In this document: piece after piece, positions 49,345 to 59,248 of the stretch
Numbering within the stretch: position 1 is the first letter of the stretch
Layout of the letters: each line of letters starts with the position of its first letter
DNA from: a candidate division WOR-3 bacterium
GTDB taxonomy: Bacteria > Hydrothermota > Hydrothermia > LBFQ01
NCBI GenBank assembly: GCA_039802605.1
Contig: JBDRWW010000008.1
Location: 6,108 to 70,107, forward strand
Length of the DNA: 64,000 nt
Reading direction: 5' to 3'
Notes under the pieces: generated by a model
What the model saw: the letters and a program-made list of their open reading frames with translations, nothing else
Told to the model about the DNA's origin: nothing
The model's database searches: none
Made by a program: the position numbers and the translations under genes

Positions 49345-49679
49345 ATTTCAATTCCTTCTTTTAAAGCCTCTCTCGTGACCGAACCCGGAAAGTCTTTATA
49401 ATATTCCGTTTCTTTTTGTGACTTTATTACTATATCGGATGGAATAAACATCTCTGCTAAAACTTTCCTTATGGTTTTTGCAATTTCTCTTTTTTCCTGT
49501 GTGTTCAAATCACTCCTAACAATAATTAAAATGTCCCAATCGCTATTTTCTTTATAATCACCTCTTGCTCTTGAACCAAATAGAATGATTTTCAGGACAT
49601 CAATCCCTTTGCCTTCAAAAATTTCTTTTACTTTCTTTTTGATAATTTCCTTCATATCCTCTTTCCCCTTCATCTTCAA
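49341..49679 (-). CDS. Minimal nucleotidyltransferase (MNT, Pol-beta superfamily).
   Basis: ILFGSRARGDYKENSDWDILII matches the GS-x9-13-DxD signature. It overlaps the MTase stop and the HEPN start by 4 nt each. Confidence 0.75.
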   Translation of the reverse strand: MKMKGKEDMKEIIKKKVKEIFEGKGIDVLKIILFGSRARGDYKENSDWDILIIVRSDLNTQEKREIAKTIRKVLAEMFIPSDIVIKSQKETEYYKDFPGSVTREALKEGIEI

Positions 49680-52600
49680 ACACTCCTCGCTTTTTCTAAC
49701 CTTGTTTTTACAAGTTCGGCAACTGCCCAGTAAACCTCTTTTCGTTCTTCTTCGGTTAATCCAAGGGCATCAAAGATAATGTCATCAAGGGCTTTTCTAT
49801 CGGGCAATGGATTTGGCTCCTGCTTACGGATGGGTTTTGATGGGTCAAAGCCGAGTTCGGTGAAGATGGAGTAAATTGGACGATTTAAAAAATTATCCCC
49901 CATATGAAAATTGCTAATATTTAAAAACAAACACGGAAAACGAATAAGGTCTATTTTCACCAAACGGATAGCACCACCCCCCAATCCTTTCCTTCCAAGA
50001 ACTTCAATAAAAAAGGCAGTTAGCGTAGAGTTTAACAACAAACATAATGATTTGTTATCTATTTTTTTTCCTGTTATACCATAAAAATTATGCTCAAATG
50101 GTAAATTATCTAAATTGTAATGACATAGATGTTTATCTCCACGCAAATCAGGCCATAACAATGGGGCTCTTCTAATTTCATATGGAACGGATTTTACTTT
50201 TACTACTGAAACAGCATCCTCTTTTTTTAGTAAAATTTTACTAACTTCTTTGGGAGTTTTAAAAACAGGTGAATATTCGTCAGCATTAAAAGTATCAGTT
50301 ATTCTTTTGTAATACTTTCTATTGTTTCCTGTAATAATTCCTGATTTAACCTCTGCAATATCTCCCAACCTAACCAATTTTCCTTTCCCTTTTTCCAAAA
50401 TCTTAAAGTAAATCTCCGGAGCCCTCAGATACTTTCCGCCCCATTTGTTGCCAATGTAGGGCGGGTCAAATTTTACCACTTCAACACCTTCCTGTAAAAG
50501 TTCTTTTTTAGTTTTCGGATAAATTCTGAAATCTTCATCACCAAAAACCGGTTGATTTGCGCTCTCAATTTTTTTGATAACCTGCGCATTACTTACATCT
50601 TCAAAGGGCTTTTTGAAGGCAACAAATTTTATTGTGTAATCATCAAGTTTATTTTCAGGTCTTTGGATTAAAACAATTACCGTATTAACATCTGCTTGCT
50701 TGAATGACCTTTTTGCAAGATTGTCAAAAATATAGATTGGCCTCATATTTTTGAGGAGAAACTCCTGAAGTCCAGCGCCATATCCCACATCAAGCCAGGA
50801 ATTGGAGTTTATAAAGCAAAATATACCGCCGGGACGAAGTAAAGACAGTCCCTGATAGTAAAAATAAACATAAAGGTCGCTTTTTCTGTCAATTTTTGTG
50901 ATATTATTCCACACGATTTTAACCGATTGAATTAGTTTTTCTTTATATTCTCTCTTTATTTCTCTCCATTCTTCTTCGGAATATTGGTTTTTGTTTTCAA
51001 GTGGTGGAGCAATCAGCTCCTGTCTTACATAAGGAGGATTACCAATAACTATATCAAAACCGCCATTTTGGGAAAAGGCCTCAACAAAATCAAGCTCCCA
51101 GAGAAAGTAATCTTTTTGAGTTTTTTGCCCTATTTTACTTAGCAATGAACTGTAATTTTTAAGTTTCGTTTTTTCCTTCTCTATAAGAGCTTCAATCTTT
51201 TTTACTTGTTCCTTATCGGTTCTTTCGAACCCATACAAATCCCGCTGAGATGTTAAGAAGCGGAGCTGATTTTCGTAGCTCTGTATTGTCTTTTTCACCT
51301 CATCAATCTTTGATTGAATAATCTCTTTAAAGATTTCCTGTTCAAAATTTTCAATTTCTTTAAGTTCTTTTAAATCGGCGCTTATTAAACCGGAAAAGAA
51401 TTTGCTTTTTCTTTCCACAAGCTGTAATATTTTATCTCTGATTGGTTTGGGGATATAACGCATCTCGCTTCTGAGGTTTATATGAACCCCTGCAATTTCC
51501 TGAATGAGTGAATCCCCCTGACGGATTTTAAACGAAAGATTTGGCAAAAGAGGTTTTGTGTAAATATCCATATATTTTTCGTCTGTTTCTATGATTAATG
51601 AAAGCCACAATCTCAACTCACCCACCATTACAGCCCAATCCTTAACATCCACACCGTAAAGGTTTTCAAGAATAATTTTTTGTTTCAAAGCGAATAAGTT
51701 TTCTTCCCTGTTTTCAAGGTATCTTGTTATTTCCTGATGAAGTTCAACGAGAATATTCATCATTCCAACAAGGAATGAGGCGGACCCAACGGCTGGGTCA
51801 ACAACTTTTACTTTGTCAAGTTTTTCTTTAATTTTAATGAGTTCATCTCCGCTAAGCGATGAAACCTTGTTATGAGGGTCAAAGATAAAGTCAATTATCT
51901 TTTCCTTTGAAATTTTTGTCTCGTTGGCAAGGTACTCAACAAGAGACATTCTGCACATAAAGTCAATTTCAACTCTTGGAGTGTAAAAAATTCCCGCTTC
52001 GCCTCTCTCCTCTTCTGCAATTAAGGATTCATAAACTTTGCCAAGCATTTCTGGATCAACCGCAACTTCAACATCCACAGGCAGTGATTCATTAATCGTA
52101 AAGTTGAATGTCTCAAGAAAACCTTTTTTCAAATCATTAGGGTCTGGCTCAAACAACCATTCAAAGACACTATCCGGAACATCAAACCCCAATTCATCCA
52201 ATTCGGTGCGTGAGAATAGACCGCCGTTCAGAAAGGGCATAATGCTAAAAGATTCTCTGATGTCCTCGGGTAAATCTGGATGCAAGTATTGCAATTTTTT
52301 ATTGAATGCTCCAAAAAATAGACTTGAAAGCCATTGTGAATAAAAGACATCCTTTTTTCCGTTCTTTTCTCGCCAATCTTTGTATTTGAGCCAAAGATTT
52401 TTCATATAATTTTTATCCTGCACATAATCCTTCCATTTAAACCAGCCCTTTCTTTGTAGGAAATAAAGGAACATAATTCTTGAAAGCAGCAGCTGAGCAA
52501 ATGAGTGTTTTTTCTGATAAGGAACATCATATTTAGAAAGGGATTTAATTAGAACTTCCTTTAAAGCATGTTTGTAAGCTTCAAAGAACTCCTCCGTTAC

Positions 52601-53197
52601 AACCTCAACATTAAAGGCCTCTTCCAAATCTTCCAGCGTTGGATACTTATTGCTTTCCAGCAAAGGCAAAAATCTACTCTGCGCCGTGTGGCTCTTTTCG
52701 TTTTTACCCACCAAAAAGGAAAACCTTTTTGCAGGCGTAAGCTCCTCTTTACCCCTAAGCTTTCCCGTTGGAGTTTCAACTAATTTATAATCCACTTTTA
52801 CAAGGGAAAATCTCCAATCTTCTCCATTGGGAGGGACAAAAGCCACAAGTGCGGCATCCTTCTTAGAGTCTGTTCCCAATTTACCTTGTAGGTATTCTGC
52901 TACAAAGTTTCTTTGAGCTGTCCGGGCGCGATACAATGAAGTTTCCCTTTTCAATCTTACGATCAAAATATCAATGATGTGCTCACCATTGTTTGGTTCA
53001 TAGCGTCCTAAACGCTCCCATGACTCTATGAAATCAAGATACTTTTCCTTTACACCCTGAATTCCACTTCTTGGAGGGATTGCCTTTTCCCTATTATAAG
53101 TTTTCAGAAGATTGAGTATAAATTTTTCAAAACGTTCCCTATCAAATGGATTTTCAAAGGTTTCAACTATTAACCTTTTTGCCTGTTCCCTGTTCAT
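49676..53197 (-). CDS. Large gamma-class N6-adenine DNA methyltransferase of the Eco57I/MmeI/PglX (Type IIG-like) family with a long C-terminal putative target-recognition region.
   Basis: GIFYTPRVEIDFMCRMSL is the FYTP motif X. VVDPAVGSASFLVGM is motif I. FDIVIGNPPYVRQE is motif IV. The helical-linker-like segment FAQLLLSRIMFLYFLQRKGW is present. About 450 aa follow NPPY. There is a strong AGGAGGGGG SD. Confidence 0.75.
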   Translation of the reverse strand: MNREQAKRLIVETFENPFDRERFEKFILNLLKTYNREKAIPPRSGIQGVKEKYLDFIESWERLGRYEPNNGEHIIDILIVRLKRETSLYRARTAQRNFVAEYLQGKLGTDSKKDAALVAFVPPNGEDWRFSLVKVDYKLVETPTGKLRGKEELTPAKRFSFLVGKNEKSHTAQSRFLPLLESNKYPTLEDLEEAFNVEVVTEEFFEAYKHALKEVLIKSLSKYDVPYQKKHSFAQLLLSRIMFLYFLQRKGWFKWKDYVQDKNYMKNLWLKYKDWREKNGKKDVFYSQWLSSLFFGAFNKKLQYLHPDLPEDIRESFSIMPFLNGGLFSRTELDELGFDVPDSVFEWLFEPDPNDLKKGFLETFNFTINESLPVDVEVAVDPEMLGKVYESLIAEEERGEAGIFYTPRVEIDFMCRMSLVEYLANETKISKEKIIDFIFDPHNKVSSLSGDELIKIKEKLDKVKVVDPAVGSASFLVGMMNILVELHQEITRYLENREENLFALKQKIILENLYGVDVKDWAVMVGELRLWLSLIIETDEKYMDIYTKPLLPNLSFKIRQGDSLIQEIAGVHINLRSEMRYIPKPIRDKILQLVERKSKFFSGLISADLKELKEIENFEQEIFKEIIQSKIDEVKKTIQSYENQLRFLTSQRDLYGFERTDKEQVKKIEALIEKEKTKLKNYSSLLSKIGQKTQKDYFLWELDFVEAFSQNGGFDIVIGNPPYVRQELIAPPLENKNQYSEEEWREIKREYKEKLIQSVKIVWNNITKIDRKSDLYVYFYYQGLSLLRPGGIFCFINSNSWLDVGYGAGLQEFLLKNMRPIYIFDNLAKRSFKQADVNTVIVLIQRPENKLDDYTIKFVAFKKPFEDVSNAQVIKKIESANQPVFGDEDFRIYPKTKKELLQEGVEVVKFDPPYIGNKWGGKYLRAPEIYFKILEKGKGKLVRLGDIAEVKSGIITGNNRKYYKRITDTFNADEYSPVFKTPKEVSKILLKKEDAVSVVKVKSVPYEIRRAPLLWPDLRGDKHLCHYNLDNLPFEHNFYGITGKKIDNKSLCLLLNSTLTAFFIEVLGRKGLGGGAIRLVKIDLIRFPCLFLNISNFHMGDNFLNRPIYSIFTELGFDPSKPIRKQEPNPLPDRKALDDIIFDALGLTEEERKEVYWAVAELVKTRLEKARSV

Positions 53198-53232
53198 TTT
53201 TACCCCCTCCTTGTTTATTTTTGTTTTTTTCG

Positions 53233-56200
53233 TTAACTTTGTATTTTCTCATTTTCTACCCCCAAATATAAGGATAATATAACTTCCTCCTTTTCTTTTC
53301 TCTTTTCTCCCTTTTTGTCATATCTTCTGATAAAATCGGGTGGAATCACCTTTTGAAGAATGGCGATTACTTTCTGGGGATCTTTCATCTCACTTCCAAG
53401 ATTTTCTAACCCTTTAAGGGCTCTTCTAACGGTATTTTTAGGTATAGATCTAACCTCAAGGCTAGTTATCAAATCCCTTATGTATTCTTTCTGATCCTCG
53501 GTAAACGATTTGGAATTTTGAATTGCTTTCAGTGTTTTGAAAAGTTCATCAAAAATGTTCTTACCACGCTTATGGTTTCCAATTATTACTCCTTCCGAAA
53601 ATGCTTCTTTTTTGTTTTTTTTGAGTAATTCATAATAGTCTTGAAGCGGTAGATTTACCCTTTTTTCATCCGGTGAGCTTTCAAGAATTTTTGCGGCGGT
53701 CAGAAAATCAACTTCAACCGTCTTTTCTTTATCCGATAATAAGAATTTCATAAGTTTCCCCTTCCTGAAAAATGTAAGAAGCGAACCCGGTTGAGCGATG
53801 TCTTTGAGGTTTTCCGAAAACACTTTGGATGTGCGCGCTTTTTTAGGAAGTCGTTTTATTTTTTCAAAAAGTTCGGGGTTCTTATACCGTATCTCCTCAA
53901 TAATTTTTAAGTATTTCAGCTCGCTCTCTTCAACCCCTTCATCTTCTTCAATAATGGTTTTCCTGGAAAGGAGTTTATCAAAAAGTTCGTGCGAAGCTAT
54001 GGGTTCCCCTTCCGTCAAAATTGCGGAATCGCCTCCGAGTAAGGTCAGGAACGCTTCTATTTTTGACCGAGCTATTTTTGTAAGTTCAATTTCGGATTCC
54101 GCCTGTTTTGTTGGGAAAAAGTTAAATGTATAAATCCTATCAAACTTTGTATCTATGCGATTCACCCTTCCAACCCTTTGCATAAGCCTTACCGGATTCC
54201 AAGGTATGTCGTAATTTATAACTATATTTGAGCGGTGGAGATTAACGCCTTCCGAAAGGGTTTCGGTTGAAACTAGAATTCGGTAATCGTCTTTTTGGTT
54301 TTTTGCCCTTGCATCAAAATTTTCAATAACCTTATCCTTTACATATTCCGGTGATTCGCCGTGAAACAAAAGGACTACTTCCCCAAACCTTTCCTTTATT
54401 TTCGCGGTTAGATACTCCGCGGTTTCCTTTGATTCCGTGAAGATTATAATTTTTTTATCTTTAAGAATGGGGTTATTTTCTAACTCGTATAAAAGTTTTT
54501 CAATTTTCGGGTCCCTTTTTATTCCTTCCCACATTGATTTTATTTGATTTAGAATTTCAAGGTCGTTTTGCAAGTCCTCTTCCAATTGTGGTGTGAAATC
54601 CGAGCTTGGAAATCTTCTAACTTTTCCCTCATCAATGAGTTTCTGAATCGCTTCATCGTCTCCCTTTTCAACGAGATCAAAAACCTTGTTTATGTAATCT
54701 TTACCTATATATACATTTCCTTTTTGATATTCACTGATGAACATTTCGTATGAACGAATAAACCTTTCAATAGTTTTTCTGAATGCATAGAAACTACTTT
54801 CAAGACGCTTTACGAGGAGAACCTTCATAAATCCACCCAAATTTCGTTGAGCCTGCTCTTCGTATGGAATACGTTCTTTCAAGTATAGCAATGGCATATA
54901 ACGGGCATATTTGAAATCTTGGGTTATAAGCTCAACGGTTTTCATAAAGATTCTATCTTCTTCATCGTTGAGTTGATAATAAAAAGGTTTTGGATCTTCA
55001 ACCTCCGGAAATTTTATATTGTTTTTCTCAAGGTCTTCTTTAAAGTATTTCTGAATTTCAGACCTAGTTCTTCTTACCATAATATATTTGAGGACTTTAT
55101 CGCGTATCTCTCTCGCATTTTCTCTTGATATTTCTAAGAACCTGTTGTAATCTTTATGACGATAGGCCTCTTTTAACCTTTTTTCAAGCCCATTGAAGAA
55201 ACTTTCAAGGTCTGGAACACCGGGAATTGTGCTTTTTTTGGGGCTTTGGAAGAGTTTTATCTGGGCGAGTATATCTTTTGGAGAGTTATTGTAAGGTGTG
55301 GCGGAAATTAGTATTATCCTCTTATTACGACAGATTTCAAAAAGTTTTTCGTAGCTTATTGTTGATTCATTTCTAAATCGGTGGGATTCGTCTATGATAA
55401 TATTCTTATATTCCCTTTCTTGCACCAATTTTTTTGCTTCATCAAGTTTTCCAATAGATATAAATTCTGCTGGAATACGGAAATCGGAAAACACATTTGG
55501 CCAAGAACCCGGATTATTCCTGTTAAGTAGCGAAGGCGGCGCTATAACGAGCGTCCTACCATCAAGCTGCTTGGCAAGCATGGCGGCAATATATGTTTTC
55601 CCCAAACCTACCACATCCGATATAAAAACGCCTCCATACTCCTCCAATATTTTTTTAGCGTTTAAAACCGCTTGTTCTTGATATTTCAACCTTTTAAAGC
55701 CCTCGGGTAAGAAGTCTAAGAATATATCGTCGGTTTCTGATAAATCATCTTTAAAGTACTCGTATAAAAATTTGAGATAAAGTTCATAAGGTGTGATATT
55801 TTTATTAAACCAAGTCCTCTCATTTATAGTTCGCAGGTATTCCTCATTAACATCAACGGCATTTTCCCACAATTCCTCAAATTTTTGCAATGCAAACTCG
55901 TAATCCGCACGGTTTTTCAGTTCAACATTGAATTCAAGATTATCTTCAAGACCCGATTTTGTGAAATTGCTTGAACCGGTAATAACTCTGCCAACATCCC
56001 TATCACCCTCTTTGAATGTAATAATATACACTTTTGCATGGATTTTTCTTGAAGGATAGGCCCTTATTTGCAATTTCCCTTCTTTTATCCACTCAACAAA
56101 CTTGCGAATACCCTCTTCAACATGTAAATCATCTTCGGAATTTGTCATTTCATCTTCTATCAACCTTTCTACTTCTTGTTTGGTTTCGTGCTCCGATATT

Positions 56201-56415
56201 AAATTAAATGTTTTCCTATCCGTTCCTATTCCTATGAGTATTCTAATCCTTTCCGCATTCTCCAAAGCCTTATATAACGCGTGAAAACCGCTTATATAAA
56301 AGTACGCGACAATGCAATCAAAATATCTGCAATCTTTTACCAACTGCACAAACCTGTCCCTTAAAGTTTTGCCCCCCTCATTCACTATAAAGGTTAAATC
56401 CAAATCCTTAACCAT
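53233..56415 (-). CDS. PLD-family nuclease domain fused to an SNF2-type SF2 helicase (1060 aa).
   Basis: The N-terminal HKD motif is HAKVYII...GSSNFT. The helicase motifs are I VVGLGKTYIAAMLA, II IIIDESHRFRN and III LISATPYNN. There is an about 300-aa C-terminal extension of unknown function. Confidence 0.75.
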   Translation of the reverse strand: MVKDLDLTFIVNEGGKTLRDRFVQLVKDCRYFDCIVAYFYISGFHALYKALENAERIRILIGIGTDRKTFNLISEHETKQEVERLIEDEMTNSEDDLHVEEGIRKFVEWIKEGKLQIRAYPSRKIHAKVYIITFKEGDRDVGRVITGSSNFTKSGLEDNLEFNVELKNRADYEFALQKFEELWENAVDVNEEYLRTINERTWFNKNITPYELYLKFLYEYFKDDLSETDDIFLDFLPEGFKRLKYQEQAVLNAKKILEEYGGVFISDVVGLGKTYIAAMLAKQLDGRTLVIAPPSLLNRNNPGSWPNVFSDFRIPAEFISIGKLDEAKKLVQEREYKNIIIDESHRFRNESTISYEKLFEICRNKRIILISATPYNNSPKDILAQIKLFQSPKKSTIPGVPDLESFFNGLEKRLKEAYRHKDYNRFLEISRENAREIRDKVLKYIMVRRTRSEIQKYFKEDLEKNNIKFPEVEDPKPFYYQLNDEEDRIFMKTVELITQDFKYARYMPLLYLKERIPYEEQAQRNLGGFMKVLLVKRLESSFYAFRKTIERFIRSYEMFISEYQKGNVYIGKDYINKVFDLVEKGDDEAIQKLIDEGKVRRFPSSDFTPQLEEDLQNDLEILNQIKSMWEGIKRDPKIEKLLYELENNPILKDKKIIIFTESKETAEYLTAKIKERFGEVVLLFHGESPEYVKDKVIENFDARAKNQKDDYRILVSTETLSEGVNLHRSNIVINYDIPWNPVRLMQRVGRVNRIDTKFDRIYTFNFFPTKQAESEIELTKIARSKIEAFLTLLGGDSAILTEGEPIASHELFDKLLSRKTIIEEDEGVEESELKYLKIIEEIRYKNPELFEKIKRLPKKARTSKVFSENLKDIAQPGSLLTFFRKGKLMKFLLSDKEKTVEVDFLTAAKILESSPDEKRVNLPLQDYYELLKKNKKEAFSEGVIIGNHKRGKNIFDELFKTLKAIQNSKSFTEDQKEYIRDLITSLEVRSIPKNTVRRALKGLENLGSEMKDPQKVIAILQKVIPPDFIRRYDKKGEKRKEKEEVILSLYLGVENEKIQS

Positions 56416-56502
56416 ATTATTTAAAGGTAAAGGCGTATATTATAAAGTTGGTATCCCCCCTTTCCCATTGAAAATACTTTTTCACCCTTATAATATTGTA
56501 CT

Positions 56503-57429
56503 GTGTTTTCAATAGTTGTTCACGGCGGCGCCGGGGAATGGAAAGAGGATATGTTAAATGAGGCAAAAGATATCTTGGTTTATTCTGCGGAAAAAGGCAT
56601 TGAAGTTTTAAAAGATGGTGGAAAACCAATAGATGCGGTTGAGGAAGCCATAAAGGTCTTGGAAGATAGCCCCATATTTAACGCCGGAACGGGTAGCGTT
56701 TTAAGCATTGACGGAAGCGTTGAGATGGATGCCTGTATTGTTAATGATAATCCCCTTTTAATGGGTTCCGTAATAGGGGTTTCAAATGTAAAAAATCCCA
56801 TATCCTTGGCCAGGATAGTGGCGGAAAGGACATCGCATCATATAATGTACGGTAAGGGGGCGGAAAGGCTTGCCGATATTTTTCAACTTCCAAAAGCGGA
56901 TGTAATAACCGAACGGTCCAAAGAGAGGTTGGAAAGGGTAAAGGAAAAAATATTTAGGGGTGAATTGGATTCTTACGGGTTTATGGAAAAGACGGCGGAA
57001 CTTATAAGGAAATATCCGGAACTCTTCATAGGTACGGTTGGGGCGGTTGCTACGGATGGAATATCCGTATGCGCCGGAACATCAACGGGGGGCACATCTA
57101 TAAAGCTTCCGGGCAGGGTTGGGGATACACCCATACCCGGGGCGGGAACCTGGGCGGAAAGGGGGGTTGGGGCATCCGCTACCGGAATAGGGGAGGGTAT
57201 AATTAGGGTTTTATTAACTAAGAGGTTTTGCGATTTTGTCCTAATGGGAATGAAACCGGAATATGCCGCAAAATCGGCCGTAAGTTTAACGGATTATCCG
57301 GTTGGCATAATAGGCCTTGATAAATTTGGAAATGTGGGTGTTTATTATAACACCCCTTATATGCCCGCGGTTTATATGGTTTTAAAGGAAAATAAAAAGG
57401 AGGTAAAGGTATATGGAATACACCTTTGA
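56503..57429 (+). CDS. Isoaspartyl peptidase / L-asparaginase (Ntn hydrolase, plant type).
   Basis: FSIVVHGGAGEW, and GTVGAVATD includes the autoproteolytic Thr. Confidence 0.85.
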   Translation: MFSIVVHGGAGEWKEDMLNEAKDILVYSAEKGIEVLKDGGKPIDAVEEAIKVLEDSPIFNAGTGSVLSIDGSVEMDACIVNDNPLLMGSVIGVSNVKNPISLARIVAERTSHHIMYGKGAERLADIFQLPKADVITERSKERLERVKEKIFRGELDSYGFMEKTAELIRKYPELFIGTVGAVATDGISVCAGTSTGGTSIKLPGRVGDTPIPGAGTWAERGVGASATGIGEGIIRVLLTKRFCDFVLMGMKPEYAAKSAVSLTDYPVGIIGLDKFGNVGVYYNTPYMPAVYMVLKENKKEVKVYGIHL

Positions 57430-57847
57430 AACCACAACGAGGGTTTTGGTACTTGATGAGAGGGTTTATAAGGGGAAATCCCGTATGTACCTATGCGCAT
57501 CCGAGGATTTGGGGCTTATAAGGGTAGTTGGTAAGGGGCTGTACATGTTGGGAACCTTTGAGGTCTATATAAAAAAGAGCCGCACATTATACTACCTTGA
57601 AGAGGCAAAACCCATATACGATTACAGGCATGTCCTAAGGAACCCTGTGGTAGTTGAGGCGTATTCAAAGATTTTTAGCACTTTGGACGGGCTTGAGGGT
57701 GAGAAGGAAAACCTGTACGCACCCCTTCTTACCGTTTTGGACAAGCTTGAAAGGGAACCCAGCAACGTTTCTCAAAAAATTTCGCAGCTTTTGAAGGAAG
57801 CAAAGGATGACCCCAAGAGGTTAATAAACGAACTATTGTTGATATGA
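57413..57847 (+). CDS. Hypothetical protein.
   Basis: A 144-aa ORF. No confident motif. Confidence 0.35.
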   Translation: MEYTFETTTRVLVLDERVYKGKSRMYLCASEDLGLIRVVGKGLYMLGTFEVYIKKSRTLYYLEEAKPIYDYRHVLRNPVVVEAYSKIFSTLDGLEGEKENLYAPLLTVLDKLEREPSNVSQKISQLLKEAKDDPKRLINELLLI

Positions 57848-58743
57848 GGGGTTTTGCGTTTCCGGGTCAGGGGAGCCAATATGTGGGAATGGGAAAAGTT
57901 TTATACGAAAAACACGGTTTCATAAGGGACTTGTACGACTATGCCGACAGGATTTCCGGAAAACCCATTAAAGAACTCTCGTTTTTCGGACCCGAAACGG
58001 AACTCGTAAAAACCGAAAACACCCAACCGGCGATATTTGTATATTCTGCCGCCTTACTTGAACTCGTTAAAAGGGATGGTATATCCTACGATGTTGTGTT
58101 CGGGCATAGTCTCGGTGAATTTACCGCCTTGTACGCGGCGGGGGTTTTCACATTTGAGGAAACATTGAAGTTGGTAGTTAAACGGGGTGAATTAATGGGT
58201 AGGGCCAAAGGCGGAAAGATGGCTGCCGTAATAGGTCAAAACGCTTACGATATATCCGAAAAAGTCTTATCGGAAGTTGGGGTGGAGAAAACCGTAATAG
58301 CAAATATCAATTCCCCTTTACAAGTTGTCATATCCGGCGAAGAGAATGAGGTGGATAAAGTTATTTCCGTTTTAAAGGAGAGGTATAATACCTTGAGGGT
58401 TATACCTTTAAAGGTTAGCACCGCCTTTCATTCACCGTTAATGGATGGTGCCGCAAGGGAGTTTGCAGAGGTTTTAGGAAGCGCTCATTTTTCCGAACCC
58501 AAGGTACCCGTTATAATGAACTCCACGGGTAAAGTTGCGAGAAACTCGAGGGAAATTTACGAGGCTTTAAGGGTTCAATTGAGATCATCCGTCAGGTTCA
58601 TTGATATGATAAATACGGCTTTGGATATGGGGGTTGATGAGGTTTGGGAAATAGGGCCTAAAAAGGTTTTATGCGGATTGATCTCCCAAATTACCGATAG
58701 GATAAAAACCGCGTCGGCGGAGGAAATGTATGCCCAGGGTTAA
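57844..58743 (+). CDS. fabD: Malonyl CoA-ACP transacylase.
   Basis: FPGQGSQYVGMG and GHSLGEFTAL. Confidence 0.9.
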   Translation: MRGFAFPGQGSQYVGMGKVLYEKHGFIRDLYDYADRISGKPIKELSFFGPETELVKTENTQPAIFVYSAALLELVKRDGISYDVVFGHSLGEFTALYAAGVFTFEETLKLVVKRGELMGRAKGGKMAAVIGQNAYDISEKVLSEVGVEKTVIANINSPLQVVISGEENEVDKVISVLKERYNTLRVIPLKVSTAFHSPLMDGAAREFAEVLGSAHFSEPKVPVIMNSTGKVARNSREIYEALRVQLRSSVRFIDMINTALDMGVDEVWEIGPKKVLCGLISQITDRIKTASAEEMYAQG

Positions 58744-59206
58744 AAAGGCCGCCGTATGCATAATGTTTAAAGATTTATCCGTTTTGCTGATTAAGAGGTC
58801 GGAAAACCTATCGCAACATGCCGGGGAAATAGGATTTCCGGGTGGTATGGTGAAAATCGGGGAATCCCCATTAAACGCCCTTTTGAGGGAAATTGAGGAG
58901 GAATTGGGTTTAAAGCCCGTTGATTATAGCATCGTTGGGGAGTTAAAGCCCGTTAAAACCGCCGTTACAAACATTAAGGTATATCCGTATGTGGCAACCA
59001 TTTCCCATGAAATAATTATTAAGCCTTCTAATGAAATAGTTGCTTGGGATTTCATACCCCTTATAGATCTAAGGCCTTTGGTTTATACGGATTTTGTGGA
59101 AACGAGGTTGGGGACGGTGTGGGGTGCAACCGCGAGGATTATAAGGAACCTGTTTAAAGAGGGTAGGAAATTTTTACCCGAGATATTTTCAATCATCCCG
59201 GAATAA
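58730..59206 (+). CDS. NUDIX hydrolase.
   Basis: The Nudix box is GFPGGMVKIGESPLNALLREIEEELG. Confidence 0.8.
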   Translation: MPRVKKAAVCIMFKDLSVLLIKRSENLSQHAGEIGFPGGMVKIGESPLNALLREIEEELGLKPVDYSIVGELKPVKTAVTNIKVYPYVATISHEIIIKPSNEIVAWDFIPLIDLRPLVYTDFVETRLGTVWGATARIIRNLFKEGRKFLPEIFSIIPE

Positions 59207-59248
59207 ACCTTCAATAAGGAAATCCGTCCAGAGGTATAATACCCGCTT

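Noticed and set aside
57413-57847. Calling the 144-aa ORF a RecO N-terminal domain.
   Set aside because: It has only a vague OB-fold-like pattern and is far shorter than RecO. It is kept as hypothetical.
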